A stretch of DNA of 64,000 nt from Okamejei kenojei (taxonomy: Eukaryota). The stretch's first letter is position 1. Each line of letters starts with the position of its first letter. The DNA is taken from contig CM069164.1 of assembly GCA_035221665.1 (NCBI GenBank), positions 18,600,001-18,664,000 of the forward strand, in the 5' to 3' direction. A model generated the notes under the pieces. It worked only from the letters and a program-made list of their open reading frames with translations, had not been told where the DNA came from and searched no databases. Below are positions 24,762-37,125 of this stretch, piece after piece. The translations under genes were made by a program, and so were the position numbers.

Positions 24762-25943
24762 AAAAGGACTGTTTAACTGACAAGACTAAATATGAATCAA
24801 ATTTACTACCAAATCGATCTGAGCAAACTGAGATATATTCGTAATTGTGCATATTTTAGAACCTTCAGTGTGGGGAAATTACATATTTTCTACTTAAGGA
24901 CCAAGATAATGGGATTTAGGTTTGTGATTTTCCATGTTAGAAACAGCTTTGTGAACTGTAATTACCCAAGGCACTAATACCAATGTAGAGAAATCTACAA
25001 TTACCCTGCAGTTGCATGAGTATGTAATTGGCCTTGTGTCACACCCATTTGCAGTAATTATAGCGTGATCTTAAGTTCATTGTCCAAGCTACTGAACACA
25101 GCATGTATGCGTTGCATGAAACAATATCCCTACCCTTTTACAAAAAGCAGAGTATTCAATTTGCATGGGCTATCACATTAAGCTTCATCAGAAAGTTCAT
25201 TTTTATAAGCCATAGCAATTTATTGTTTTATTCCATTTCCTGGTATTGTGTCAAAATGTTCCCCAAAACAGGAACGTTTGAATTTGTGGGAAGATTTGTC
25301 AAGCTGACCCAAGACAAAATCTGAATCAACATTAAAATTAGCTGAAGATAGACACAAAAGGCTGGAGTAAATCAGCTGGATGGGACATTCATTCATCTAA
25401 AAATAAGTGCCAGAGGAACTCGGGGTCAGGAGGTATCCGAGGGAATGGACAGATGAAGTTTCAGGTCAGGACCCTTCTTCTGACATTTAGAGCAAGTTGG
25501 AAAAGAGAGCCGAGTGAGAAAGCTGGAAAAGAGAGCCGAGGGTGGGGAAACGTCTAGCAAATGGATACACGCAAGGAAGAGTGATTGGCAGATTGGTGCG
25601 GTAAGTCACAAAGGCTAGAGGTGAAAAGCAGACAAAATGGAGTCAAAGAAGGAAAGGGGGGTGGGTGTGGATAAAGTAGGGGAGATAAAAGGGAAATTAA
25701 GAACGGAGATGAAAGATAACTTCACCTGTCCCTTTCACCCATATCCTTCCCTCCAGCTTTACATTTCACTCCTCCTCTACCATTTAATAAGATCACAATG
25801 GCGTATTTAAACAATCTTTCATCCAAAGGTGTGCAAGAAACTATTGAACACATAAAAACGTGATTGGTTAAGTAGCTACTAAGTTAGTATTCTCCTTAAA
25901 AGTCCAGAAGACTCCCAACATTACTTTTAGACTCCGCACGACA

Positions 25944-26078
25944 TTCTTCTTTCGTGTGGCGTGCACAGCCTAAAGTTGTAGGACAACTTGTTCTATTTGA
26001 TCTTCCGTTTGTGCACGTCGAGTTGATTGCATTAGTCGAAACAGGGCGGACCACGTGAAGGTTGCAATCTTCCAGCCC
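25944..26078 (-). mobile_element. HDV-ribozyme-headed retroelement, copy 3
   Basis: Full length; TSD CGCACGACATT / CGCACAACATT. Confidence 0.85.
26025..26078 (-). ncRNA. HDV-like ribozyme, second near-intact copy
   Basis: Same fold as 21955-22008, with J4/2 CUAA and one C-C mismatch in P1 (GGGCUGG). Confidence 0.7.
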
Positions 26079-26589
26079 ACGCACAACATTGATGTGTATT
26101 GTTATTATAGAGCCATAGAAACAGGTCCTTTGGTTCATCACATCCACGCCGACCAAGTTGTCTAGCTGAGCTATTCCATCTGCCTACGTTTGGCTCATAT
26201 CCCTCTAAACATTTGCTATCGATGTATATATCTAATTGTCTGAGCAAGTCCTGCCCTTGTTTAATTTACCAAAGTGCAACATCTCACATTTATCCAAGTT
26301 ACATTCCATCCACCATTCTTTGACTCGGTACCCGTTATATAGACCCTATTGTAATCTTAGATAACCCTCCTCACTGTCCACTATAACCACAAACTTTGTG
26401 TCACCTGAAAACTTACACCATTGTCATCCAAATCCTGCACCAGTCCCTATGGCACATCACTAGTGACGGGCCTCCAATAGGTAAAACAACCCTCCACTGC
26501 TATGCTCTGATTATTTCCTCCGAGCCAATTTTACATCCAATTGGCTAGATCATTCTGGATTCCATGAGACTGGTCCTAAAACAAGTACA

Positions 26590-26875
26590 GCACAGTGGTA
26601 GAGTTGCTGCCACAGAGAGCACTGGAGACCCGGGCTTGATTCTGACTACACATGCTGCCTGTAGGGAGTTTGTACATCCTCCCTGTGACTGCGCGGGTTT
26701 TCTCTGGGTTCTCCTGTTTCTTCCCACATTCCAAAGACAGCAGGTGTGTGGGTTAATTGGCTTCTGGACTTTGTCACTAGTCAGCAGGATAGAACTAGTG
26801 TTGGGGATTACTGGTAGGCATCAACTCTGTGGGCTGAAGTGTCTGTTTCCATGCTGTATTTCTAAACTAAACTAA
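26590..26875 (+). mobile_element. tRNA-derived V-SINE (HE1-like)
   Basis: GGTAGAGTTGCTGCC head, V-domain, (CTAAA)n tail. Confidence 0.75.
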
Positions 26876-27682
26876 ATTTCGTGATTGGAATGGTAGTACT
26901 GGACCGGTTCTTTTTTTTTTTTTTAAGTATAGCAATTTATTGTCTTCCATGATGAACAGGCTTCTCATTGTAATTATCCAAGGCACTTGGTGAACAAGTA
27001 CATATCCAAATCCGTGTAATGTTTCCTCTGGACATACCCACGAGGGTAATGATTGCTGGTTGCCTGCCAGAGCAGGAGGCACATGAGGACACGCTTTCCA
27101 GATTGGAATGTGGTACAAAATTTTTTTTATTGGTTTTTGAAACCATTTACAAAACTTCAACAATATCTGTGAGCACTTTCATCAATAAGAAAAAAAAAGC
27201 TAAACTGAAATGCTATTCCAACATTACTGCACTACTGATTTTGTTTTTCAGCAGTACAATACACAAACACCATTTAAAAAAAATCTACACTAAATAAAAA
27301 TGGTGGTACAGGCCAGCATTACCTTGTGATGTAGTAAGTAGTTGGGGTTCACTGCTTGTAGTTTCTCTTGATGTGTATTAGTTATAATTGCTGAAACCAA
27401 ATCATTTTCAATCAGCTCACATTAATGGCAATTTATTTTGCAAAAATATACGTATAGCAAATTACTGTAGCACCTTCTTCCACAATAGTTTACCAAACAC
27501 TAATTCCCCAAATCAATTGAACAAAAGTGATAACATATTCAACGTTTCCAATGTGAATTAGTAAACTTCAGAAAAGGTACATAACTTGTAATGTGTCTAA
27601 TTGAGCATCCCTGGCCCTTAAAGAACCATTCATTTCAGCAAAAAGAGGTTACTGGAATATAACTAGCACTGTACAATATAAT

Positions 27683-27717
27683 TCAACAACACACATGCAC
27701 ACTTGTGATCATTTATT
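27683..27717 (-). terminator. RFX7: Candidate RFX7 poly(A) signal with downstream GU-rich element
   Basis: Minus-strand AATAAA at 27717-27712, followed ~15-30 nt later by TGTGTGTTGTTG. It sits near the far end of a repeat-poor AT-rich stretch downstream of the stop. Other AATAAA sites exist, so this is not unique. Confidence 0.45.
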
Positions 27718-29059
27718 AACATGGTGAAGAAAAACTGAACGTTAAATTTTCATCGTTTTAATATTCTCAGACAAGAGAATTAAGAAAAACAATTATCTCA
27801 TTGAGATCAATGTACACTGCTACATAAAACACTCAAAATGTCATTTTGCAATGACATTTCATCTTATGTATGGTCTCACCTTCTAAAATCAATTCAAATG
27901 ACAACTTAGTTTGTGTAACGATTAACATTTGTCCTAAGAGATGTGCCAGGCCAGAAACTCCCTTTAGACGTCTAGTGCAAAATATGATCAAAATATATCC
28001 ACTGAACTCAGAACTGAGGATATACTTAGATTAAAAGCATCTCCAAATATACTTAAGGTGCAAACCTATGTAAGAACCTCTTGCTGAAAACTATGCAATG
28101 TTACGCTCAGCGCTGTTTCAGCTAGATAAAGTTAGTTTATTTGTGCTCTGCTGAGCAGTTCGGGTCCAGTGGACCAGAATGTCAACAACAACTGTGTTAG
28201 CTAATATGTCAATATTAAAATAACTAATCAAAATATCAAACTTCAGAGATTGCCAAAGTGATAACCTCTTTGTAAGTGCATATATTAAAAAGCAGACTAA
28301 AAAAAAGTAAAGAAACACAAATATGAATTAAAAATGTCCAAAGTTTTCAAGAGCTTTTCTATTCCCCATACATAAAACCAGACATATATAGCCCACTTTT
28401 AGAGTTTTCCAGAAAACTCTTAAACTGGACAGATTTAAAATAAATCACTGGTACATCGCATCAATCACCATTCAACCATTTACTCAGCTCATCATTTTCC
28501 AAGCCCGATAATCATATGGATTGACTTTTAAAACATTACAGAAATTATATGTAACGTAACAGCTCTGCCCTTGGTTAATACCTATTGATCATATTTCTTC
28601 ATATCAAAATAAAATTAGCAAGACCTTCCTTTGCAGATACTGGTGAAAACAGAGACTGTAGATTTTGGTTAATTGGCAAATATATGTTTAAAAATTTTAA
28701 ATTTAAAGATGTGCTTGGCCTTTCAGTCAATTGTTCCAGTTAAAGCATGAACCACTAAATCTGCAATCACTTAAATGTAAACGTAGTATCATAGGGATCA
28801 AGTATATGTTAATACCATAGCTTTAACAAATGAATCAGTCTACACTGATGAAATTTAACACCACGTATTGACATAATTGGGTATATTTGATGCATTCTGG
28901 GAAACCTTTCTTTGACTGTCAAGGCAAATTAATTGACCAAGTTAAAATAACTTGTTGAGCAACACAATGTCTAATGTTCTGCACAATTGATACCCATAGG
29001 TTGACTTTCCACCTGACAGACAAGTATCAGGAAGTTAAGGATAAGGATAAAACACTCCA

Positions 29060-29450
29060 AACTCAGCACTTTATTCCTTAGAGCATAGGGGACTGTGGGG
29101 CAATCTTATAAGGGTGTATAAAATCATGAGGGTTAAAGACAGGGTGGATGCACGGAGTCCTTTACCCAGAGTAAAAAAGAGGACATAAGATTAAGATGAG
29201 ATGGATAAGATTTAATAGAAACCCTAATGACAACTTTCTCACCCACAGAGTGGTGGATATATGGAACGAGTCGCCAGAGGAAGTTTCAATGACACGTTTA
29301 AGAGATATTTGAACATATACATAGATAGGAAAGGTTTAGATCAATATGGGTCAAAATAGAACAAAGGGACTAGCTCAGACGGGCTTCTTGGTCGGCATGG
29401 AACTTTTGAGCTAAATGGACTGTTTTGTGCTGTATGAATCCATGACTAAT
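29060..29450 (+). mobile_element. CR1-like LINE 3' fragment
   Basis: VYKIMRVKDRVD..QRVV.IWNE-like decayed motifs. Confidence 0.65.
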
Positions 29451-30802
29451 CTAATTAAAGGTATAAAATATTTATATATATATTTTTAAAAACATTCAAA
29501 AGTTTACCAACTAAGAACATCAAGCAGTGCAGATGGAATGATAACTGACAATAACAAAATGTAATGCAAGGAATATATACTGATCCATTGAGAATAGCAG
29601 TGTCCACATGTGTAGAGACTAGTGGGCCTTTTTGCTTCTATCCATTATTTTATAGACAAATTGACAGTGGCAAAACATTTTAGTCCTCACCATTCAGAAA
29701 TAAGCTAGCAAAAAATGTCATGGTTAAATGCAAGCTATTTCAAATTCTGCATGTGCTCTCGAGAACTAGACTAGATCTAAAACCAGGTAGTTTTCAGCTT
29801 TATTTTTGATAGAGAAAGCAAGCAAATGTGATGCGTAGATTTTTTTTGGAGATGATAATCTGGATATGGAGGAGGCAAAGACATTACATGGTAATAGGAA
29901 ACAAATAATTTAATTTTTAAAAGTTTTCATTTTTTCTAAACTTTTTTCCTATTTGTTCATGGATAGATAACTTTAATCGCTAACTGTAAATTATTCACAA
30001 ACAAATGCTACTGGAATTGGCTGCATTTATTACTATCTCTAATTGTTCCTGAGGAGGCAAATAAGAATCAGGAGTCGTAGGTAGCTGAGACAAGGTAAGG
30101 GTGGCAATGTTCATGAATGGACATTAGTGAACAAAGCAAGTGTCTAATGACAATCCAGCTAAGTATTCCAGTTGTAATTCAATTAATAAAACTAATCTGA
30201 AATTAAAGTTCTCAGCTGCTGTGGTGAGATTCAAACTTTCTGGATCAATGGTTAGAAACTCTTGACAGCTGGCCCAGTAACGTAACTATTTGCACTACCT
30301 ACAACTGGTTAAGGGGATATTTTGTTAATTCAAGATTTTAACCAAAAAACAGAGATCAAGAAAGAACTTAGGAAATTAATTTGTTCATGAAATATGTTTT
30401 TTATCCAATCATGTCTTCAGTGTCAAAAAAGGCAATGAGAATATGTGGAATAAGTCTACACCTTGACTACAATACTGTACATCTATTCCTGTAAATTAGT
30501 TGGTCAGCTTTTAAAATGGAGTTTTAAAATCCACTGGATGGGTGTTCGCTTCATGATCAGTAATTTAACTCTGCAACTGGAATAAATATTGATGTGTTTG
30601 AGAAGGGTCAATCTAAATGAAGAAAGAGGTAGCATGTACATCTTCACAGACAATCCCATTATTTAAAAAAATATGGAAATCAATGGACAAAATTTCATGA
30701 TAGCAAAATTAAGCAATGAGGTAAACAAATACATTCCAGAAAGGGACTGGACATTATCAAGTGTCAAACCATAATCATTATGATTATTCTGAACAATCAA
30801 AC

Positions 30803-30855
<53 letters not shown>
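30803..30855. repeat. Compound (TA)n(GA)n microsatellite
   Basis: Directly visible in the sequence. Confidence 0.95.
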
Positions 30856-30858
<3 letters not shown>

Positions 30859-32714
30859 TTCAGTTTATGCTATATTTGTCATTACAGATTTTGGAAATAT
30901 GATGATGTTTCTAATTCAATGGGATGACTATCTTAGAAGGCTTCAGTTGGAATACAAACTTGAAAAATAAATGCAACAAAATGGAGCACCCTCTTGTGGT
31001 CAAAGATTTCTAAAATTATGGATATGAGCTAAATTTATGATGTGGCATTGAACTATAAAAATTAAACAAATGTTGGATTCACATAACTCAACAAGTTATT
31101 TTAATTGTGCTGCAAACGTAGTTTTCACTTTTGTTGGAAAGGAGAATACTGAAAAATGCTCAGTTTTCTAACAGGAGTCAGAGATAATTGACAATCAAAT
31201 GTTTTGAATTACTGGTTTAGGGTTGCTGAAATTAATTTAATTCTCACATGATAAAAACATTACATTTTACATCAGCTAAGACCATACGGCCCATTGTGCC
31301 TGCTCACGAAAAGAGCAATTTTCACACTTTAAACTGTTTTCTTAATTGCATGTTTTTATTCTTGTGTTGCTTCTAAAATTCAGACCACTTTTCAGACAGC
31401 ACATTTCCAAGTTCTTCAAGGAATTGCATACATTTTAATAACACAGGCCAACCATTCTCCCTGGATTGTTTTTGCTCAATCACATGGGTATCTCAAAAGC
31501 CTCATCTCACTTCTCAGTTTTGATGATAAGGTTGTGAAAGACTATTGAAGGTTATCAGCCTTGAGAATAGCCAAGACAGAATAGAAAGCGGAATCAACTC
31601 AGGTTGTTTAAGGATCATATTGCATATCACATTTAACCATTAAACAGCATAGGAAGGTGTGTAGTCTTTAAAATGCGGCTCCATATGCAAGGGGATATAT
31701 AAAAAGGCAACTAAGTTTTACCATGGCCCGATTAAAAATCAAATCCTATTAGACTATATATGAATCAAACTAAAAATACTCCCTTGAGGGCAGCTTTTCT
31801 TTTCACCCATTTCTTGAGTTATGGACAGCTAGAAAAGTGTTTGTTAGGAGACCAGGTCCATGCTTGGGATGGAGCCATTTATGATATTTTCATAGAACTT
31901 AATTTATTTGGGGAATCCTCTCAACCAGTCTAGAAAAAGGTAAATTATGTAACAAACAATTTTTTATAACCACCATGAATGTTTTTACCATTAAGAGCTA
32001 GCAACTGATTTTATTGAACAGTGTATACTCTTTTACGAAGGATACAAAGGATCTAAAGCTACACCCAAGTTGATTTGTGTTTAATTCTTGCATGTGCTGC
32101 TTAACACTGTTGTTAATCATCTGAAATAGATTAACATAGCTGTTACAGCACCTCAGAGAAATATGCCACGGTCAAGTTATATCATAACAGCGCCTCAAGT
32201 GGGAAAGCAACTAGCATAATATACTAATTTGTTTGCTTTACCAAATTCAGACAGTTGAATTCCTCCTTGTTACAAGGCAAGCATCACACTGCAGACAATA
32301 AGAGTATATGGTTCGCAATATAATTATTCATTACTGTTGGAGTATCTCAATGACTTGTATTATTTTATCCTTTCAGGCATCCAACATTGGGTGAAATTGC
32401 AAGATAACATTGAGTAATATTATAAGGATTGCATTACAGTGTTCCCGCTGATATCACTATAAGGATTTTTTAGTATCGTACATAATGCCAAGTGCTCTAT
32501 ATGCTTCGAATAAGAAATACAGAGCAAAAGAAAATAAGAAAACGTGGCTGTTAAAATTCAATAGAACTTATTAAACCGTATTAATAGTTACATTCGTAAA
32601 AGAAAAGTCACAATGAAGCATTTTGAGACCTGAAGTTGCATCTTAAAAGACGCTGGGCTAAAATCTACCTACTAACAGCAGCCGAGCTTGTAAATGCACC
32701 TAATTCCTTTGTTA

Positions 32715-33542
32715 GATTCAAAATGCTGGAGTAACTCAGCGGGTGAGGCAGCATCTCTGGAGAGAAGGAAGCGGCGCCATTTTGGGTCAAGACCCTTCTT
32801 CAGACTGATGTCTGGGGAGGGGGCGGGACAAAGATAGAATGTAGACGGGGACAGTAAGACCAGTGGGAGAACTGGGAAGGGGAAGGGGATGGAGAAAGAA
32901 AGCAAGGGTTATCTGAAGTTAGAGAAATCAATGTTCCTACAGCTGGGGTGTAAACCACCCAAGAAAATATGAGGCGCTATTCTTCCAATTTGTGCTGGGC
33001 CTCACTCTGACAATGGAGGAGGCCGAGGGCAGAAAGGTCAGATTGGGAATGGGAGAGGGAGTTGAAGTGCTGAGCCACCAGGAGATGAGGTAGGTTAAGG
33101 CGGACTGAGCGGAGGTGTTCAGTGAAACGATCGCTTGGTTTAGACGATGTAGAGAAATTGACACCTGGAACATCTGACCTTTCTGTCCAGGGCCTCCTCC
33201 ATTGTCAGAGTGATGCCCAGCGCAAATTGGAGGGACAGCACCTCATATTTCGCTAGGGTAGTTTACACCCCAGCAGTATGAACATTGACTTCTCTAACTT
33301 CAGATAACCCTTGCTTTCTCTCTCCATCCCCTTCCCCTTCCCAGTTCTCCCACTGGTCTTACAGTCTCCACCTAGATTCTATCTTTGTCCCGCCTCCCTC
33401 CCCCGACATCAATCTGAAGAAGGGTCTCGACCCGAAATGTCGCCCATTCCTTCTCTCCAGAGATGCCGAGTCACCCGCTGAGTTACTCCAGCATTTTGTG
33501 TCTACCTTTGATTTAAACCAGCATCTGCAGTTCTTTCTTACA
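32715..33542. mobile_element. Penelope-like element remnant as a large inverted repeat (GIY-YIG C-terminus plus pLTR on both arms)
   Basis: ~32720-33045 is the reverse complement of ~33173-33500. Each arm carries decayed LHCQS.AQRKLE.QHLIF.LG.L.P.GMNIDFSNF-type coding sequence and a hammerhead-type motif. Confidence 0.85.
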
Positions 33543-33798
33543 CTCCCAATTCCATAAATGGATGGCACACACACATCCACACAGTTGTATTTACAGTGAT
33601 ACAGGATGATGGCATCTAAAATAAAATTATGGACACAAGATTAATAGAACTTATGTATGGAGAACAGTTATGTTTTTTCTCCTGGAATACACTTGTTTAT
33701 GAACAAATGTTTTTTCTGAAGGCAGGCACATCTATTGGGCCAAATATTATGAATCAGAAAATGAAATGTGTGCTATATATTTAACAGTACTCTTTGAT

Positions 33799-36700
33799 TT
33801 AACCCAACATTTCAACTGTAGGATGATCTTTACTTTCCATCCAGTCAAAACCTGAAGACTCGTTACAGATTTGCTGGAATACTACATCATTATTTAGTTC
33901 CTCCAGTGTAGTATCAACATCATGCCCCTGTTGTTTACTAGGGTCAAACAGCAAATTTGTGTCTAAAGTGCTCAGATCGTTTATGCTGCCTGAAAGCTCA
34001 GTAGGTAACCTGAGATCACTGGAGAAATCAGAGGCAACATTTAGATCTGATGATACTTGACCAACCACTTGCTGGTTAGACTGTAGGCTCTCTTCAGCCA
34101 GAAAGTCTTTGACTGTACTGTTGAAATCCAATGATTGCACTCTGGCTTCTGTTTGTGCTTGATTTTCCTCAGAAATATAACCCATCTGATCATTATTGAT
34201 GTGTTTTGTTACATAACTGGGCTTCTGGAATTCAAAGACAGAAGAGCCTGGATTAATCATTGGTTGCTGGTTGGCACTACCAAAATTAGATGTTGTCTCT
34301 AATATCTGAGTAAGATTCATTCGTGCTGTATAATTGGAGGGCAAGTTGTTTATTCCTAAGCCTCTCACTGCATCATCACCTTCAGAATCAAGTTTACTTA
34401 ACAACACATTTGTTATCTTTTTCGTGTTAGTTGGCTTCTGGTAAGATGGAAAAGTAGTCTGCATCATAACAGACAAAGGGACAGATTGGCTTCTTTGAGC
34501 TATGCTGTTGGCACTATTATCAGAAATATTGTTAACAAATGTGTTGTGAACCTCAGGTGCCATTGGGCTTCCAAAAGTTGCCAAACTTGTTCTCGGCAGA
34601 TTAATCACTGGACCAACTGTGCTTCCGCTGAGATTACGTTGACGAACAGCAGGACTGACACTGCGACACCTAAAATTATTGATCAGTGAATGTATTCCTT
34701 TGTTGTCAAGAGGCGCTGGCACGGCAAAGCCCTCCTGCTTATTGCCATTAGCCACTGAAGCTGCCTGGTGTGGTATAGGTGAAACAGGAGTAACACGGCC
34801 CATTTGAGCGTCATGATGTCTGGACTGTAACTGCACAGTATTATGGTGATATGACTGCATTGTCTGTCCAGGAACTGCAAAGGCATGTGGTTTTCTAAAG
34901 TGATCCTCTGTAAGTTTCTGGTAACTAGGAAGAATACCAACACCACTGGTCAACATTGCCGGATTGCTCATTCCAGTGTTGTATCCATTATTCATCCATT
35001 CAATTTTTGTTTTGTCTGGATGAGTAGCCATGGGCCGTTGCATCGGTTTAACAGGGCTACTGGAAATTACACTAGCATCCTGGTAGGCCAGGCTGGAGCT
35101 TATGGGAGTAAAAGCAAAAGGGTTCCGGCACTCAACAGGGCTCGGAGGTACACTACTACTGCAGTTTGAATGAGGTGTACCAATTGGCGTATGTCTGCTA
35201 CTACCGAGAGCACTGTCAACAGGTGTGGACTGAGCCATTCTGGAGCTCGGACTGGAACATGTTTGGGAGCCAATCATTTCTGATGTGGGTGTTGGATTGG
35301 GTGTCGGAGTTGGTGTTGGGGTTGGGGTTGGAGTGCCACTGCTATGGATGGGATGATAGAATTGCCCCATTTGATGAGATGATAACAGTGTATTCTGACT
35401 TCCTTCAGAATGACCATGAGCAGGTATTCCCAACGCAGATTCATAATCAACATTCAAGGACATTTGCTCTTCAAACAACACAAGCTCTTCTACAATACTG
35501 TCCTGTGTAAGATCTTCGTCAAATTGAAAGTAGTTCTCACTGGTTTGAGAACTAGAAGCAGTGAGATCCATCAAATTATCCTGCAGAGGTAATGGGTGTG
35601 ACAACTGTACTTGATGGTGTCCTTGCAGCTGAACCGAATTAGAAACTTGCATCTGATTTTGAGCATGCAACTGTTGATCATAAGGCTGCTGATCCAACCC
35701 ATTACATTGTGCTGGCTCCCATGCAGATTCTCGAAAATCAATGGTCCCTGAATTCCCTATTGTACTAGCATTTACAGCTGCCTGCCTTTCTGTATTCATA
35801 AAAAAACATTGGTGTTTCCTTTTGATATGCTGGATATCAGTATGATCAGCAAACAGCGTTGTACTTGTGTTGTGTCCCTGCACAGAAAATAAGCCCCTTT
35901 CCAAGTCTGCGGTCTTGTTTTCCTGAAAGATAGACATTTGTTCTGTATCCGTCTGAACGCAATCCACTTGGATATCGGATGAAGGGTTGGCTAATATACG
36001 AGTTATCCCTGTTGTATTTAGTTTGACAGTAATTTTACTAGGTGTATGAACCTGAGATGTTGGGGTTTTCTCATTTTTTACTGGTACACCTGCAGAGAGC
36101 TTCAAAGGTGTCACTACAGCAGTTCCAGGACTGATCTGATGTTCTGCACCATCAAAAATGGGTTCCAAAACCAGAGCTTTCTTCACAGGTGGCACCAGTG
36201 GCTCGGATAACGAATTTGAGGGAGACCGTTTCCTTGGGCTTTTTGGGCACATCCCATTATCTTTATGAGACCTGGCAGTATCGGCATTGGATTTTAAACT
36301 AATGCTGGTGTTCGTCATTAAAGCAGAGGAAACAACAAACGAATTTTGATTATTTCCAGACACTGAAATGGCCAGATGTTCATTGTGTACAAACTTGCCA
36401 TCACTTTTCGACTTTTTTCCTTCAGTTTTCTGACCATTACAGACTTTAGCTGCCTTCTCAGTAGATATTTTACCATTTGGCGTCTTCACTTTTGTGGTAC
36501 CTTCACTATTGCCTCTCTGTCCGGACGGAGAACCAGCAGCTCTTCTGGGATCATGCAGGTTTCTTGAATGATCTTGGCACTGAGTCTGCTTTTCATCATT
36601 TGATATTGCTTCCTGTTCGGATTTGATGACCTCCGCAGTAGGTGTAGTTGTGGCACTACTTGATCTGGATCCAGCGGCAGAAAGAGAAGTTATGCCAACT

Positions 36701-37125
36701 TTCACAGTTGGCGTAGATTTTGCTTTCTCTGTTACTCCACCACTGTTACTTGCTGATGATGTAGGTTTAGGAGATGCACCTGTACTGGGTGGAAGAGATA
36801 TTGTAGTCATCTTCACCATATTCAAAGAGCTTGGATGGGATGCTCCAGAAACAACAGTTTTAATTGGACTGCTACTAGCCAAAAGTACTCTAGTTGGAGA
36901 GGAAAGAGTAAGTGTGTTGGATGAAGGTGGTTTAGGCAAGATTTGATGATAACGTGGCCTTGAGCGGTCGTTATGTGGACTTGCAGGGATATTCTGGATA
37001 GTCTTCTGCTGCTGTTTGACTGACTGCATATGTTGAGCCACAACCTGAACATTCAAAGGAAGGACCTTGCTTTCTGATGGACCCAATGGACTCGGTGACG
37101 TCATCATCTGCCTGCTTCTTTGCAT
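33799..37125 (-). CDS. RFX7: RFX7 large terminal coding exon (1108 aa)
   Basis: Acceptor TTTTTTTCAG|ATG in phase 0 (the M is internal). RFX7 motifs KVLPLNVQVV, QILPKP, TPTPTPTP..TSEMI, SSVPPSPVECRNPFAFTPISSS, FRCRSVSPAV, QRSQSVPL, and C-terminal ESKDHPTVEMLG*. Confidence 0.97.
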   Translation of the reverse strand: MQRSRQMMTSPSPLGPSESKVLPLNVQVVAQHMQSVKQQQKTIQNIPASPHNDRSRPRYHQILPKPPSSNTLTLSSPTRVLLASSSPIKTVVSGASHPSSLNMVKMTTISLPPSTGASPKPTSSASNSGGVTEKAKSTPTVKVGITSLSAAGSRSSSATTTPTAEVIKSEQEAISNDEKQTQCQDHSRNLHDPRRAAGSPSGQRGNSEGTTKVKTPNGKISTEKAAKVCNGQKTEGKKSKSDGKFVHNEHLAISVSGNNQNSFVVSSALMTNTSISLKSNADTARSHKDNGMCPKSPRKRSPSNSLSEPLVPPVKKALVLEPIFDGAEHQISPGTAVVTPLKLSAGVPVKNEKTPTSQVHTPSKITVKLNTTGITRILANPSSDIQVDCVQTDTEQMSIFQENKTADLERGLFSVQGHNTSTTLFADHTDIQHIKRKHQCFFMNTERQAAVNASTIGNSGTIDFRESAWEPAQCNGLDQQPYDQQLHAQNQMQVSNSVQLQGHHQVQLSHPLPLQDNLMDLTASSSQTSENYFQFDEDLTQDSIVEELVLFEEQMSLNVDYESALGIPAHGHSEGSQNTLLSSHQMGQFYHPIHSSGTPTPTPTPTPTPNPTPTSEMIGSQTCSSPSSRMAQSTPVDSALGSSRHTPIGTPHSNCSSSVPPSPVECRNPFAFTPISSSLAYQDASVISSSPVKPMQRPMATHPDKTKIEWMNNGYNTGMSNPAMLTSGVGILPSYQKLTEDHFRKPHAFAVPGQTMQSYHHNTVQLQSRHHDAQMGRVTPVSPIPHQAASVANGNKQEGFAVPAPLDNKGIHSLINNFRCRSVSPAVRQRNLSGSTVGPVINLPRTSLATFGSPMAPEVHNTFVNNISDNSANSIAQRSQSVPLSVMMQTTFPSYQKPTNTKKITNVLLSKLDSEGDDAVRGLGINNLPSNYTARMNLTQILETTSNFGSANQQPMINPGSSVFEFQKPSYVTKHINNDQMGYISEENQAQTEARVQSLDFNSTVKDFLAEESLQSNQQVVGQVSSDLNVASDFSSDLRLPTELSGSINDLSTLDTNLLFDPSKQQGHDVDTTLEELNNDVVFQQICNESSGFDWMESKDHPTVEMLG

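Noticed and set aside
35284-35336. (Thr-Pro)n run as a novel repeat expansion
   Set aside because: A TP repeat at this position is a normal feature of vertebrate RFX7.
34486-36946. Plus-strand ORFs antisense to the RFX7 exon
   Set aside because: Short shadow ORFs with no recognisable motifs.
33799-37125. 1108-aa ORF as a stand-alone intronless gene
   Set aside because: The ATG follows a polypyrimidine tract and AG, and upstream exons splice to it in frame; it is the last exon of RFX7.
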